The position numbers and the translations under genes were made by a program. The notes beneath the pieces were generated by a model, which saw only the letters and a program-made list of their open reading frames with translations, was not told where the DNA came from and did no database searches. A DNA stretch of 63,971 bases, the filler included, from an uncultured Methanosarcinales archaeon (GTDB lineage: Archaea > Nanobdellota > Nanobdellia > Woesearchaeales > UBA12501): the NCBI GenBank assembly GCA_964397315.1. It is 7 parts of 4 records of this genome, joined end to end, with 100 filler letters (N's around TTAATTAATTAA, not from the genome) between each part and the next. Parts side by side here need not be neighbours in the genome. Positions count along the whole stretch, not along the records: positions 27,154 to 50,319 come from CAYNHV010000002.1; 6 more parts are not named here. One strand, 5' to 3'. This document shows, piece after piece, positions 36,057 through 46,311 of this stretch (positions within the stretch are counted from its first letter, which is position 1; the number at the start of each line of letters is the position of its first letter).

Positions 36057-38405
36057 TTAAACACAGCCCCTTATACTTTCTTCTAAACTTCTCCTGCTTC
36101 CAGTATGATAAAAATCACTGAGAAACTCTTGTATGACATTTTTCTTAGAAGGAAGTGAATGCTTTCTTTTTTTCTTAGATCTTCTTTTCTTTTCTCCAAC
36201 CATAGTATCCATCTTCCATGCCAAAGAATTCTTTTTTAAAGGTTCTACACCTGGTTGTGATATCTTCTTCAATCCAGCAAGATAAACTCTGAATTTAGAG
36301 TCTCTAGCTTTATAGAAACCAGAAAATGGTAATACATCAAAACCAAGGCTTTCTAAACCTTTATGGAATTTTTTAAGGTTATTAGATGATATCACAGTAT
36401 AAGGCAAGGTAATCAGGGAATAGCCTCCTGTATCCAAAACTCTATTCATCTCCCTTAATATTGCTTCTCTTTCATTTATCCCACCATCTTTTTGTGCAGA
36501 ATCTAATCTAGTCATATGTAATGCAAGAGAACAAACAGCTAAATCAAATGAATTGTCTGCAAAAGGTAATTGATGCATTGCTCCCTGAACAGATTCATTT
36601 CCAGGTACCACTTTCCCTTCATCCTCAAGTATTTGACCTGCCTTTAGCATATAGTTGCTCAAGTCTAAGTTTGTCACTGGTTCATTTATTACTCTTGATA
36701 AGGAAAACGGTCCAGAGGCAACATCCAGCTTTCTTTCCAGACCATGACTCTCTTGCAAGATATTAACTGCTTGCCCATAAAGACTTGCAGTGTTTCCTGC
36801 ATAATAACCCTCCCAATAAGCAGCATATAATTTTGCCACATACTCCGCTTCCTGAGGATATTTACTATAGTGGGCCATTATTTTGTTAAATCCTTTCCCT
36901 CTCAAAAGGCCCATATGCAAATCCATGCCCCTGATTGGGCTTCTAACTAAAGGAGCTATATGTTTTGATTTCCTTATTTTGCCATTCTTAATTTCATCCA
37001 AGTCTTCCTTTGTCAGCAATAATGGTTTATCCAGAAGATACTCAATAATCCTTTCTTTATCCTGGAGCAATCGTTCCATGCCTTCCGTGACTACTGGAAT
37101 CATGTCTAGATGAGGCATCACTGTGTAAGCATTCACAGACTCTTTATCTATTTCTCCTATTCTCTGCGATCTCCTGTTTCTTTGTTTAAAAGCTGCTGAA
37201 TCATAAGGAAGAGTCAAATGGAAGATATCCGTAGCAGCAGTTAAATCCACACCCTCATCCATGACAGTTGTTGCAATTAAAACCTTGCATTCTGGGTCTT
37301 CCTGGAATCTTCTTCTGGTCTCTTCTCTCTTGCTTAAACCGCCATTATTACTGTTTGAAGTAACCTCTTTATCAATAACTACAGCACCATAATCAGCATA
37401 CCTTCTCTTTAGTCTATTTGTCACACCTTTCCTGAGGTTTGAGAACATAAGTACTTTTCCGCCATTAGAAGTGATTTTATCTATTTTGTCATCTAAAGCA
37501 TCATAGGTGCAGGAATCCATTCTTCCAGATTTAGAAGCCAGTCTCGATTTAAGAAAATCAGGATTAACTAGATTGGGGTCTATGGATGCTTTTATTAACT
37601 GAATTAATTTTGTTGATGGTTTGATATCATCATTGTTGTGGATTGCCATGTAAACATCAGCATGGTCTCCTGTTAACTCTGTTTCAAGATGACTTTGATT
37701 AAGCTTTGGAAATTTATCAGGCAGATATTCCTCAGCCTTTCTTCTTATCATCCTATCCCCTATAAGAGCCCTTCTTACAAATTCGGGATCGCTCCTAAAG
37801 AGGGTGTAAAAACCACTTAAAGCAGCTCTGGTATTGTCTGGATCCAAAGGAAAGCTTTCATTATCCAATAAACTCAACAACATATAGATATCAGGAATAG
37901 TGTTTGGAATTGGTGTTCCAGATAATATGGAGAGGTAATCCACTGAATCAAAGAGTTCCTTCACGCCTCTGCTTCTCGTAGAAGCGGGATTTTTAGCATT
38001 ATGAGCTTCATCAAGGATTCCATACTGAAAATCTAATTTTCTTAAATTATCAATTTTATGTTCATTGCGGCCATAGCGAGACAGAGTGGGGTAACCTACA
38101 ATAATAAAATTATAATCTTCTGCATCTTTTATATCTTGGTCGTAGGAAGTGCATTGTATCTTCTTAATCTTGTTCTTGCCTCCATCATCATACCATATTC
38201 CAATTTCATCTTCCCAATGGTCTGCTACAGAGGCCGGGCAGACAATCAACGTTCTGCCAGTGTATCCTTCTTGCCTGTGGACAGCTTTTGCTCCAATAAT
38301 AGATTCAGCGCACTTGCCCAAGCCCATATCATCAGCTATCAAGATTCTCTTTTTATCTACAAGATCTTTTACAGCTTCCATTTGATAAGCTCTTAACTCA
38401 GGCAT
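36057..38405 (-). CDS. SNF2-type helicase fused to C-terminal class I SAM methyltransferase
   Basis: ADDMGLGK, DEAH, LSGTP, EGVDL, QR..R..RIG; LDVASGP, LPFADNSFD, LALH, RVL..GG. Confidence 0.85.
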   Translation of the reverse strand: MPELRAYQMEAVKDLVDKKRILIADDMGLGKCAESIIGAKAVHRQEGYTGRTLIVCPASVADHWEDEIGIWYDDGGKNKIKKIQCTSYDQDIKDAEDYNFIIVGYPTLSRYGRNEHKIDNLRKLDFQYGILDEAHNAKNPASTRSRGVKELFDSVDYLSILSGTPIPNTIPDIYMLLSLLDNESFPLDPDNTRAALSGFYTLFRSDPEFVRRALIGDRMIRRKAEEYLPDKFPKLNQSHLETELTGDHADVYMAIHNNDDIKPSTKLIQLIKASIDPNLVNPDFLKSRLASKSGRMDSCTYDALDDKIDKITSNGGKVLMFSNLRKGVTNRLKRRYADYGAVVIDKEVTSNSNNGGLSKREETRRRFQEDPECKVLIATTVMDEGVDLTAATDIFHLTLPYDSAAFKQRNRRSQRIGEIDKESVNAYTVMPHLDMIPVVTEGMERLLQDKERIIEYLLDKPLLLTKEDLDEIKNGKIRKSKHIAPLVRSPIRGMDLHMGLLRGKGFNKIMAHYSKYPQEAEYVAKLYAAYWEGYYAGNTASLYGQAVNILQESHGLERKLDVASGPFSLSRVINEPVTNLDLSNYMLKAGQILEDEGKVVPGNESVQGAMHQLPFADNSFDLAVCSLALHMTRLDSAQKDGGINEREAILREMNRVLDTGGYSLITLPYTVISSNNLKKFHKGLESLGFDVLPFSGFYKARDSKFRVYLAGLKKISQPGVEPLKKNSLAWKMDTMVGEKKRRSKKKRKHSLPSKKNVIQEFLSDFYHTGSRRSLEESIRGCV

Positions 38406-39847
38406 TCCAACTCCCTCCCAAGCTCTAAAACATCCTTATAATGCTGAGACAAACCCTGATACAACTCACTCTTTCTACCTTCGTAACTATCAGCCAGTTT
38501 ATCAATATTCTTGATGGTGCCCTCAGGATCCTCATTAAACACGGGGCCATAGGTATACCTCAACAACCTGACAAGCCTGTCCTCCAAAGCAAGAGTAACA
38601 TTCCCTTCAGGTATGACATCTATTGCTTGTCCAATTAAGATAGGGATAATTCCATTACCTTCCAAGGTAAAATCTCCAAGATAAGCTCCAAGATTAGTAA
38701 GGCCGCTCCTTATTACTTTATAAACTTCATCAGTATTCTCTTCAAGAAACTTATGAATGTCCTTCTCATCCCCGAACTTATCTCTATAAATATCCATGAT
38801 TACCTTTTCCATGTCCATCCCTTGACCGTTCAAAGTAATGGCCGCTGCAGCAAGAGTTGCTGCTGCTTCATCATTCTTGAGAAAGTCAATGAATTGATGG
38901 TTGGAGGTTATTTGATCATAGCCCATTTTTTCTCTTACAGCAAGAAGACCATCATGATGAAGGTACATGGCATTGATTAAGCTATATTTCTTCATTTTAC
39001 GAAGTTCTGCTGTCTCTGGGAAATGGCCTAAAATTTTAATCAATCTATTAATTTCATTTTCAACATACCCCCAATCTTTGCCAAAGCCGTTTTTTTTCTT
39101 TAATTCTTTATAACCCATCCTTTTTCTTACCTCGTTTATCCCATCATGATAATTTCCTATAGCTCCAGCCAAACTTATGGGTAATTCTTCATATTTAGGA
39201 AAACGACCTAATTTTTTAATAAGATTTTTTATTTTACTTTCCACATTATTCCAATCTTTAAGGCTGCCTTTTTTTGCTATTAATGGTTCATAACGCATTC
39301 TTTCTCTAACTTCAAAATAGCTGCCGTGATATCTATAGATAGCATTAATAAGAGGGACTTCATTTTTTTGTAGATAACTAGAAGATGGAAAATGCCCAAT
39401 ATCTTTTGTTATTTTTTTCAATTCTCTTTCAACATTTTTAAATTTTTTAAAGCTATTTGATTGATTTTCACCTAGTCTTTTTCTAACCTTTTTAAGTCCA
39501 CCATGGTGGTTATATATTGCAGTTCTTAAATCGCGTCGACCTAAAGCATCAAAGTCTTTAAATTTAGGGTATCTCCCCAATGTTTCTTTTATATCACACA
39601 CCTCTTTTTTGATATATTCCCAGTCCTTGTTTTGTGTTTTTGTTGCTTTGTTTGGTTCTTCGTGACCCATATTTTTTATCACTCTGTTACATCCTCCATG
39701 ATATCTATTTATCGCATTATATAAGCTAGATGCCTTAAGATAGAGTAGCTCTTTCTTGTTTGGGAAGTGGCCTAACACTTCAATTATTTTATTCATTTCC
39801 CTTTCAACATTATCCCAAATTCGCCAATATCCCCTCGGCTTCCTCAT
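38393..39847 (-). CDS. Protein with five ~60-aa helical repeats plus unique C-terminal domain
   Basis: Repeat W..VE.E...I...LG.FP...EL......L..AI..YH.G...VR..MG. Confidence 0.8.
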   Translation of the reverse strand: MRKPRGYWRIWDNVEREMNKIIEVLGHFPNKKELLYLKASSLYNAINRYHGGCNRVIKNMGHEEPNKATKTQNKDWEYIKKEVCDIKETLGRYPKFKDFDALGRRDLRTAIYNHHGGLKKVRKRLGENQSNSFKKFKNVERELKKITKDIGHFPSSSYLQKNEVPLINAIYRYHGSYFEVRERMRYEPLIAKKGSLKDWNNVESKIKNLIKKLGRFPKYEELPISLAGAIGNYHDGINEVRKRMGYKELKKKNGFGKDWGYVENEINRLIKILGHFPETAELRKMKKYSLINAMYLHHDGLLAVREKMGYDQITSNHQFIDFLKNDEAAATLAAAAITLNGQGMDMEKVIMDIYRDKFGDEKDIHKFLEENTDEVYKVIRSGLTNLGAYLGDFTLEGNGIIPILIGQAIDVIPEGNVTLALEDRLVRLLRYTYGPVFNEDPEGTIKNIDKLADSYEGRKSELYQGLSQHYKDVLELGRELECLS

Positions 39848-39865
39848 TTTCCACCTTCAAATTGT

Positions 39866-40324
39866 TCATTTTATAGAGAAATAGCCAAGACAGTTGTCAG
39901 AACCATCTCTAATCCTTTTAGCCTGTGAAGGATCTGCTGCTTTACCATTGATTTTTAGATGTTCTCCCAGAAGCATCCCATCCAAACCGTTTAGATCTAA
40001 GAAATCTGTAATCTTGCCAGCACCTTCAACTACGCCATCATGAAATGCAACTGCTCTTATTTCCACGCATGAAGGGTATGCTCTTCTGTCTGTTGCTATG
40101 TTGAGTAATTCACTGCCCCTATAAGGCATCAAGAACAATGTTCCAGGAGCATACAGCATTCCCTCCCTGGAGGGGGTTATGTTGCCTCCTTCATAAGCTC
40201 CAACCTGCACTATTTGCCCAGAAGTAACTCCTATCTCACTCTCTCTTGATAACTGCCTGCCTAACAAATCTACAGCCACTTCAACGGCGTCTCTTGAAAA
40301 AAATTGCCTATAATTACTTACCAT
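39866..40324 (-). CDS. Degenerate 3-methyladenine DNA glycosylase (Mpg/AAG fold)
   Basis: FFSRDAVEVA.DLLG, G.IV...AY.G, PG, LNI, IRA, G.GK; start uncertain (40348 alternative). Confidence 0.75.
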   Translation of the reverse strand: MVSNYRQFFSRDAVEVAVDLLGRQLSRESEIGVTSGQIVQVGAYEGGNITPSREGMLYAPGTLFLMPYRGSELLNIATDRRAYPSCVEIRAVAFHDGVVEGAGKITDFLDLNGLDGMLLGEHLKINGKAADPSQAKRIRDGSDNCLGYFSIK

Positions 40325-40399
40325 CAGAGGGAGTATTTTAAAGGACATTTATAAAGCTTTCGGTTTGTCACTACTCTAAAATAGAGAAATAAAGGGAAT

Positions 40400-42298
40400 T
40401 TACTCTTTAGCCCCAACCTCCTCCCTCATCTCCTCCAAAAACTCCTCAACCTTCTTCTCGCCGTGCACCTTGTTGTCCCTTGTCCTTATGTTGACTGTTC
40501 CTGCCTTCTGCTCATTATCCCCCACTACCAGTATGTAGTTGATCTGCTGCAGCTGCGCGTCCCTCACCTTCTTTGATGTTGATTCTGCCCTCATGTCAGT
40601 CTCAACCCTTATTCCCGCGTCAAAAAGCTTCTTCCTCACCTCCTCCGCGTAATCATGGTGCCTGTCCGCTATTGGCAGCACTGCTGCCTGCACAGGGCTC
40701 AACCATAGGGGGAACTTTCCTGCGTAATGCTCAATCAATATGCCGATAAACCTTTCAAAAGAGCCGAGGATTGCCCGGTGTATCATCACAGGAGTCTTTT
40801 TTGTTCCGTCCTTTGCCTCATAAGTTGCATCAAACCTCTTGGGCATTGAGAAGTCAACCTGTATCGTGCCGCACTGCCAGTTCCTCCCTATCGCGTCCTT
40901 GATGTTGAACTCTATCTTTGGCCCATAGAATGCGCCCTCTCCCTCTTTTATCCCGTAATTCACCTTTCTCTTCTTTAGGGCGTTCTTCAGCGCTTTGGTG
41001 GCCTTCTCCCATGCCTCATCAGAGCCTATGTGCTTGTCAGGCTTTGTGGCAATGTAAGTCCCCACCTCATTGAAGCCGAACATCCTGTAAAGGTCAACAG
41101 CATAATCAACCATGTCAATTATCTCATCCTCAACCTGCTCCTCTGTGCAGAAGGAATGCGCGTCATCCTGCGTGAAGGCCCTCACCCTGAACAGTCCTGA
41201 CAAGACTCCTGAGAGCTCGTGCCTGTGCACGTATCCGAACTCAGCCCTCCTGAGGGGCAGCTCCCTGTATGAGTGTATTCTGGTTTTGTATATCAGCAGG
41301 CCGCCGGGGCAGTTCATGGGCTTCACTGCAAACTCCCTGTTGTCAATCTTTGTGAAGTACATGTCATCCTTGAAATTGTCCCAGTGGCCTGAAACCTTCC
41401 AAAGTGAGGAGTCAAGTATTGAGGGAGTCATTATCTCTGTGTATCCTCTTTCCCTGTTCTTTTTCCTGGCCAGGCTGAAAAGCTCCTGGAATATCACCAT
41501 GCCCTTTGGGTGCCAGAATGGCATTCCCGGAGCCTCGTCATGGAATGAGAAAAGGTCAAGCTGTTTTCCTATCTTCCTGTGATCCCTCTTTTCTGCCTCT
41601 TCCATCAGCCTGGTGTATTCCTTGAGCTCTTTCTGGGTGTAGAATGATATACCATAGATCCTCTGCAGCTGCGTGTTCCTGGCATCGCCTTTCCAGTACG
41701 CTCCTGCAAGCTTTGTAAGCTTAAACGCCTTTATCATTCCTGTTGAGGGAAGGTGAGGGCCCCTGCAGAGGTCTACGAAATCCCCCTGCTTGTAGGCGGA
41801 GATGCTGCCTTCCATCTCGTTTATCATCTCAATCTTGAACCTGTTGTCCCTGAAAAGCTCAAGAGCCTGCTTTTTAGTGAGCTCAATCCTCTCAAAAGGC
41901 TTATCCTTGTTTATTATCTCCTGCATCCTCTTCTCTATCTTCTTCAGGTCATCAGGATGGAATGGAGGGTGGTCAAAATCATAGTAGAATCCCTCCTCAA
42001 CAACAGGGCCTATGGTGGGCTTTGCCTCAGGAAAGAGCGAAACAACAGCTTCTGCAAGGACATGGGCTGTTGAGTGCCTCAGGATATCAAGAGACTCCCT
42101 GTCTCTTGTGGTTATTATCCTCAGAGAGGAGTCCTTGTCAACAGGCCTGCTAAGATCAACCATCTCGCTGTCAAGGTAGGCTGCAACCGCCTCCTTTGCC
42201 AGCCTCGGGCCTACTGACTCTGCAATCCGCCTTATGGAGGTTCCTTTTTCAAATTTCTTTCCTGAATTGTCAGGGAAGGTTACCTTTATCTCAGCCAT
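40400..42298 (-). CDS. thrS: Threonine--tRNA ligase (bacterial type with TGS and editing domains)
   Basis: HSTAH, DLCRGPH, RDHRK, KPMNCP, FTQDDAH, IHRAILGS. Confidence 0.97.
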   Translation of the reverse strand: MAEIKVTFPDNSGKKFEKGTSIRRIAESVGPRLAKEAVAAYLDSEMVDLSRPVDKDSSLRIITTRDRESLDILRHSTAHVLAEAVVSLFPEAKPTIGPVVEEGFYYDFDHPPFHPDDLKKIEKRMQEIINKDKPFERIELTKKQALELFRDNRFKIEMINEMEGSISAYKQGDFVDLCRGPHLPSTGMIKAFKLTKLAGAYWKGDARNTQLQRIYGISFYTQKELKEYTRLMEEAEKRDHRKIGKQLDLFSFHDEAPGMPFWHPKGMVIFQELFSLARKKNRERGYTEIMTPSILDSSLWKVSGHWDNFKDDMYFTKIDNREFAVKPMNCPGGLLIYKTRIHSYRELPLRRAEFGYVHRHELSGVLSGLFRVRAFTQDDAHSFCTEEQVEDEIIDMVDYAVDLYRMFGFNEVGTYIATKPDKHIGSDEAWEKATKALKNALKKRKVNYGIKEGEGAFYGPKIEFNIKDAIGRNWQCGTIQVDFSMPKRFDATYEAKDGTKKTPVMIHRAILGSFERFIGILIEHYAGKFPLWLSPVQAAVLPIADRHHDYAEEVRKKLFDAGIRVETDMRAESTSKKVRDAQLQQINYILVVGDNEQKAGTVNIRTRDNKVHGEKKVEEFLEEMREEVGAKE

Positions 42299-42344
42299 GC
42301 AGTCCCCCTAATATATTTTATATATAAAGGTTGCTGTATTAGAG

Positions 42345-42830
42345 TGGTGTTTAGACACGCCATGGGTGTTGTGCAGAGGGCGTGCAAATTAATAAAGCTG
42401 ATAAATGTTCTGGTGTTGCCAGTTCCCAGAGCATTATATAAAATTTCTAAGTCCTCCTGACACTGCCTCCACGCTGTTTATTAGTTCTAAGAATGATGCT
42501 CGTCTTAAAAGAGGGAATCCTCCTGATTTCTCCACCGCCCCAGTCGCAGTTACATCTGGATAAATCCCGCCCCCCGCCCCCTCACACATGCTTAGCGCAC
42601 CAACTCCACAGAGCGCTTTAAGCAAATCATTGGGTGGGCTTATTAGGGGCAGGAGAGTGTAGTTGTGCGGAGACAGAATCAGATAACCAGAGGGTGGTTC
42701 TGGAGTAAGGGAGGGAAGCATCAGGAGTTACTAACCTAAATCTCATCTCACCAGATTGGAGGGAATTACCAGGAGTTATAAGCATAAGCCAAAACTCACA
42801 AAAGGGATTGCCAGGATTTGCAGCAGTTTA
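42345..42830 (-). ncRNA. Copy 4 of dispersed structured-RNA-like element
   Basis: Minus strand reads AATAAGCCCACCCAATGATTTGCTTAAAGCGCTCTGTGGAGTTGGTGCGCTAAGCAT (core starts 42644); CTCCTGAT/ATCAGGAG and CTCCTGGTA/TGTCAGGAG stems; TTTATAA ~25 nt upstream. Confidence 0.7.
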
Positions 42831-42879
42831 AGGCTGAGTTTCCATAACATTTATAAAAAACAGGGATTTTTTCATTTCC

Positions 42880-45609
42880 ATGGAAAGAGGGGGTACTGGT
42901 TTCAGGTTCTCAATCATACTGATTATATTAGTTATCCTGCTGTTCTTCTCGCGGATTGCCGGCCTTGTCACGGACTTCTGGTGGTTTGACTCTCTCGGAT
43001 TCTCAGGAATATTCCTCATAAGCCTGAAGGCAAAGATTCTTTTATTCGCTGCAACAGCAGTGTTCTTCTTCGCCTTTATAATGGCGAACCTGTGGATATC
43101 CTCGCGTTTCTCAGAATCAGCAATATCCCTCAGGCTGAAGGCGGTAATTGCGGCAGTCATTGCGGTTTTTGCGGGTCTTGCAGCCTATCCAAAGTGGCTT
43201 GCTCTGCTTCAGTACCTCAACCAGGTTAATTTCAACATAGCTGATCCCGTGTTCATGAGGGATGTCTCCTTTTACGTGTTCTCGCTTCCATTTTATATCA
43301 TAGTGTGGAAGCTGCTGCTGGCCTGCCTGATAACAGCCATAATAGCCACAGCAATAGATTACTTCCAGGCGTCCCTCTCAAACATTGTGAAGCAGAAGGC
43401 AGAGATGAAGCCCCAGACTCCCTCAGGGGAGGTCCCCTCAGTGACAATAAAAAGCATAATGCCAAAGGCAAGGAACAAGGCCCTCGCGCATCTTGCTGTT
43501 CTCGGCGCAGTATTCTTCGGGCTGCTGGCCTTCAGGCATTACATCTCCAGGTACTCAATAATGTACTCAGAGAAAGGAATAGTTGTGGGAGCGGGATACA
43601 CTGATGTGGTGGCTGTGCTTCCGGCAATAAAGCTGCTGATGGTGCTCGCCCTGGCAATATCAGTGCTGTTCATCTTCTGGGTTCTTTATATCTCAAAGCA
43701 CAGGGAGGTGAGGAAAAAGCACGTGATACCCTATGCAATAGGGGCTTACGCGCTTGTTTTCATAATCGGCCTTGCCTTCATTCCCGGGCTGATACAATCG
43801 CTCAAGGTTTCTCCTAATGAAATAAATCTTGAGAAGCAGTACATAAAGCACAACATAAACTTCACAAGAATAGCCTACGGGCTTGATGACATTGAAGAGA
43901 AAGATTTTGATGTTGAGCTGGGCCTGGATCCCCAGAAACTCTCAGAAGCCTCTGAGACCCTTGACAATGTGAGGGTGCTTGACTGGAGGCCCCTCACCCA
44001 GACTTACAAGCAGACGCAGGAGATAAGGCTCTATTATGACCTTTCAGGCATTGACATAGACAGGTACAATATTGACGGAAAGTACACAGAGGTCATGCTG
44101 TCCCCGCGGGAGCTCAAGCAGGAGAATATAGCTGACAATGCAAAGACATGGGTCAACCTTCACATGATATACACGCACGGCTACGGCCTTGTGATGAGCC
44201 CTGTCAACAATGTGACAGAAGAGGGACTCCCAAATTATTTCATCAAGGACATCCCCCCGTCGTACACTGTTGAGGAGGAGAGCATAAGGATAGACAATCC
44301 TCAAATCTACTATGGAGAGCAGGACAACAACTTTGTTCTTGTTGACACTAAAACAAGAGAGTTTGATTACCCAAAAGGTGATGAGAATGAGTACACGCAC
44401 CACGAGGGGGATGGGGGAGTGGAGCTAAGCAGCTTCTTCAGGAAACTCCTCATGGCAATAAGGTTCAGTGACATTAAGATACTCCTCTCGTCTGACGTGA
44501 CAGATGAGAGCAGGATAATGTTTATGAGGAGCATCCAGAAAAGAATCTCAAAGATAACTCCCTTCCTCCTGCTTGATGAGGATCCTTACCTGGTTGTGAG
44601 CGACGGAAAGCTTTACTGGATACAGGATGCTTACACTGTGACTGACAAGTTCCCCTATTCAGAAAAAGCTGACTCAAGGTCAGGCATAAACTACATAAGG
44701 AACTCTGTAAAGGTTGTGGTTGACGCGTACAATGGTGATGTAACCTATTATGTTGCTGACAAGGAAGATTCCATTATACAGACTTACGCCAGGATATTCC
44801 CGCAGGAGTTTAAGTCATTAAGCTCAATGCCTGAGGGGTTGAGAAAGCACATAAGATATCCTGAGGGCCTGTTCTCCCTGCAGTCAAAGATATACATGAC
44901 ATACCACATGAGCGACCCCACAGTGTTCTACAACAAGGAGGATGCGTGGGAGGTACCTAATGAGATATACGGGACAGGTCAGCGGGTGCAGATGGAGCCG
45001 TACTACGTGATTCTCAACCTTCCCGGAGAGGATGAGGCTGAGTTCGTGCTCATGATCCCTTTCACTCCCACAAGAAAGGACAACATGATAGCGTGGATGG
45101 CCGCAAGGTCTGACGGGGATGATTACGGCAAGCTGCTGGTTTACAATTTCCCCAAGGACAAGCTTGTCTACGGCCCCTCGCAGGTTGAGGCAAAGTTTGA
45201 TCAGGACTCTGAAATATCCCAGCAGCTGACACTGTGGTCGCAGAGAGGGTCCAGGATTACCAGAGGAAACCTCCTTGTAATACCAATAGAGGAGAGCATA
45301 CTTTACATAGAGCCGCTCTACCTTGCGTCAGAGCAGGGAGAGCTTCCCCAGATGAAAAGGGTGCTTGTTTCAGACGGAGAGCGTGTTGTCATGGAAGAGA
45401 CGCTTGACCAGTCTCTTGAGGCCCTGTTCGGAAAGAAGAAAGAGAAGCCTTCTGATACCGGAGAGAAAAGATTAAGGGAGGATATGATAAAAGAGGCAGG
45501 AGAGCATTACGAATCAATACTGGATGCAATGGAGAACAATGACTGGCAGGGTTTCGGAGAAAGCTTTGACAAGCTCGGCAATGTTCTTGAAGAGCTGAAA
45601 AGAGGGTGA
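42880..45609 (+). CDS. UPF0182 family membrane protein
   Basis: WFDSLG, DPVF..D.SFY.F.LP, YTHGYG, NYIRNSVK, YGP.Q, RGNLLVIP. Confidence 0.93.
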   Translation: MERGGTGFRFSIILIILVILLFFSRIAGLVTDFWWFDSLGFSGIFLISLKAKILLFAATAVFFFAFIMANLWISSRFSESAISLRLKAVIAAVIAVFAGLAAYPKWLALLQYLNQVNFNIADPVFMRDVSFYVFSLPFYIIVWKLLLACLITAIIATAIDYFQASLSNIVKQKAEMKPQTPSGEVPSVTIKSIMPKARNKALAHLAVLGAVFFGLLAFRHYISRYSIMYSEKGIVVGAGYTDVVAVLPAIKLLMVLALAISVLFIFWVLYISKHREVRKKHVIPYAIGAYALVFIIGLAFIPGLIQSLKVSPNEINLEKQYIKHNINFTRIAYGLDDIEEKDFDVELGLDPQKLSEASETLDNVRVLDWRPLTQTYKQTQEIRLYYDLSGIDIDRYNIDGKYTEVMLSPRELKQENIADNAKTWVNLHMIYTHGYGLVMSPVNNVTEEGLPNYFIKDIPPSYTVEEESIRIDNPQIYYGEQDNNFVLVDTKTREFDYPKGDENEYTHHEGDGGVELSSFFRKLLMAIRFSDIKILLSSDVTDESRIMFMRSIQKRISKITPFLLLDEDPYLVVSDGKLYWIQDAYTVTDKFPYSEKADSRSGINYIRNSVKVVVDAYNGDVTYYVADKEDSIIQTYARIFPQEFKSLSSMPEGLRKHIRYPEGLFSLQSKIYMTYHMSDPTVFYNKEDAWEVPNEIYGTGQRVQMEPYYVILNLPGEDEAEFVLMIPFTPTRKDNMIAWMAARSDGDDYGKLLVYNFPKDKLVYGPSQVEAKFDQDSEISQQLTLWSQRGSRITRGNLLVIPIEESILYIEPLYLASEQGELPQMKRVLVSDGERVVMEETLDQSLEALFGKKKEKPSDTGEKRLREDMIKEAGEHYESILDAMENNDWQGFGESFDKLGNVLEELKRG

Positions 45610-45645
45610 TGCAGCTTCAGTTTAAGTGTTTCTTTAGAAAAAGGA

Positions 45646-46254
45646 TTATAAGGATTTCTTCTTGTGCCTGCCCCTGCCCTCAACAAGAGACATCCTGTCA
45701 AGAACAAGCGATGAGCTGCGCGCGTGCTCTGCGTATGATTCAACTGCTGTTCTAAAGCAGTCCTCTGCTATTGTGTAATGCTTTGACTCAAGGGCCTGCT
45801 TAAGGAGGTGCAGGTCAACTGCCTTGTCTTCCACCTTGTCGGACATGAAGCTGAGCCCGAAATCTATGAAATTAAGTCTGTTGTTCATGTCAAGCATCAT
45901 GTTTGACGTTGTCAAGTCACCGTGTATTATGCTCCTGTTGTGAAGCTCAGCTATTCTCCTTCCAATTTCCCTGCTGAACTCCTCCTTTTTCTCCTCAAGA
46001 GTGTCCTTCAGCAGCCTGCCTCCTATCTGCTGCATCCTTATTTCCATGCTCTTGTCGTCAAACTCTGTAATCCTGGGGCTTGGGAAGTCAGCTGCAGCAA
46101 GCCTTTCAAGAATTCTTGCCTCCTGCCTGGTCCTCTGCTTTCTCAAAAAGTTGTCTATGAGGGGATGGCGATATGACTTCTCAAACCTCTGCTTGAGAAT
46201 GCTTCCATTATCCTTAAAGAGCCTTGCCTCGGCTCCCTGGGCTATCTGCTCCAT
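45646..46254 (-). CDS. bud32: KEOPS kinase Bud32
   Basis: QGAEA, K.YRHP, RT..EA, HGDLTTSN, IDFGL, EDKAVDL, RGR. Confidence 0.95.
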   Translation of the reverse strand: MEQIAQGAEARLFKDNGSILKQRFEKSYRHPLIDNFLRKQRTRQEARILERLAAADFPSPRITEFDDKSMEIRMQQIGGRLLKDTLEEKKEEFSREIGRRIAELHNRSIIHGDLTTSNMMLDMNNRLNFIDFGLSFMSDKVEDKAVDLHLLKQALESKHYTIAEDCFRTAVESYAEHARSSSLVLDRMSLVEGRGRHKKKSL

Positions 46255-46311
46255 GGGTTAGAGAGCTAAATCGTTATATTTAAAAATCTTGCCCTTTTCC
46301 CTGCATTTTAC

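Noticed and set aside
42345..42830. RNase P RNA, or a thrS leader/T-box
   Set aside because: GGGCTTA is present but the GAGGAAAGTCC and ACAGAA context is missing; four copies lie beside unrelated genes, and thrS has its own TATA-like box at ~42316-42328
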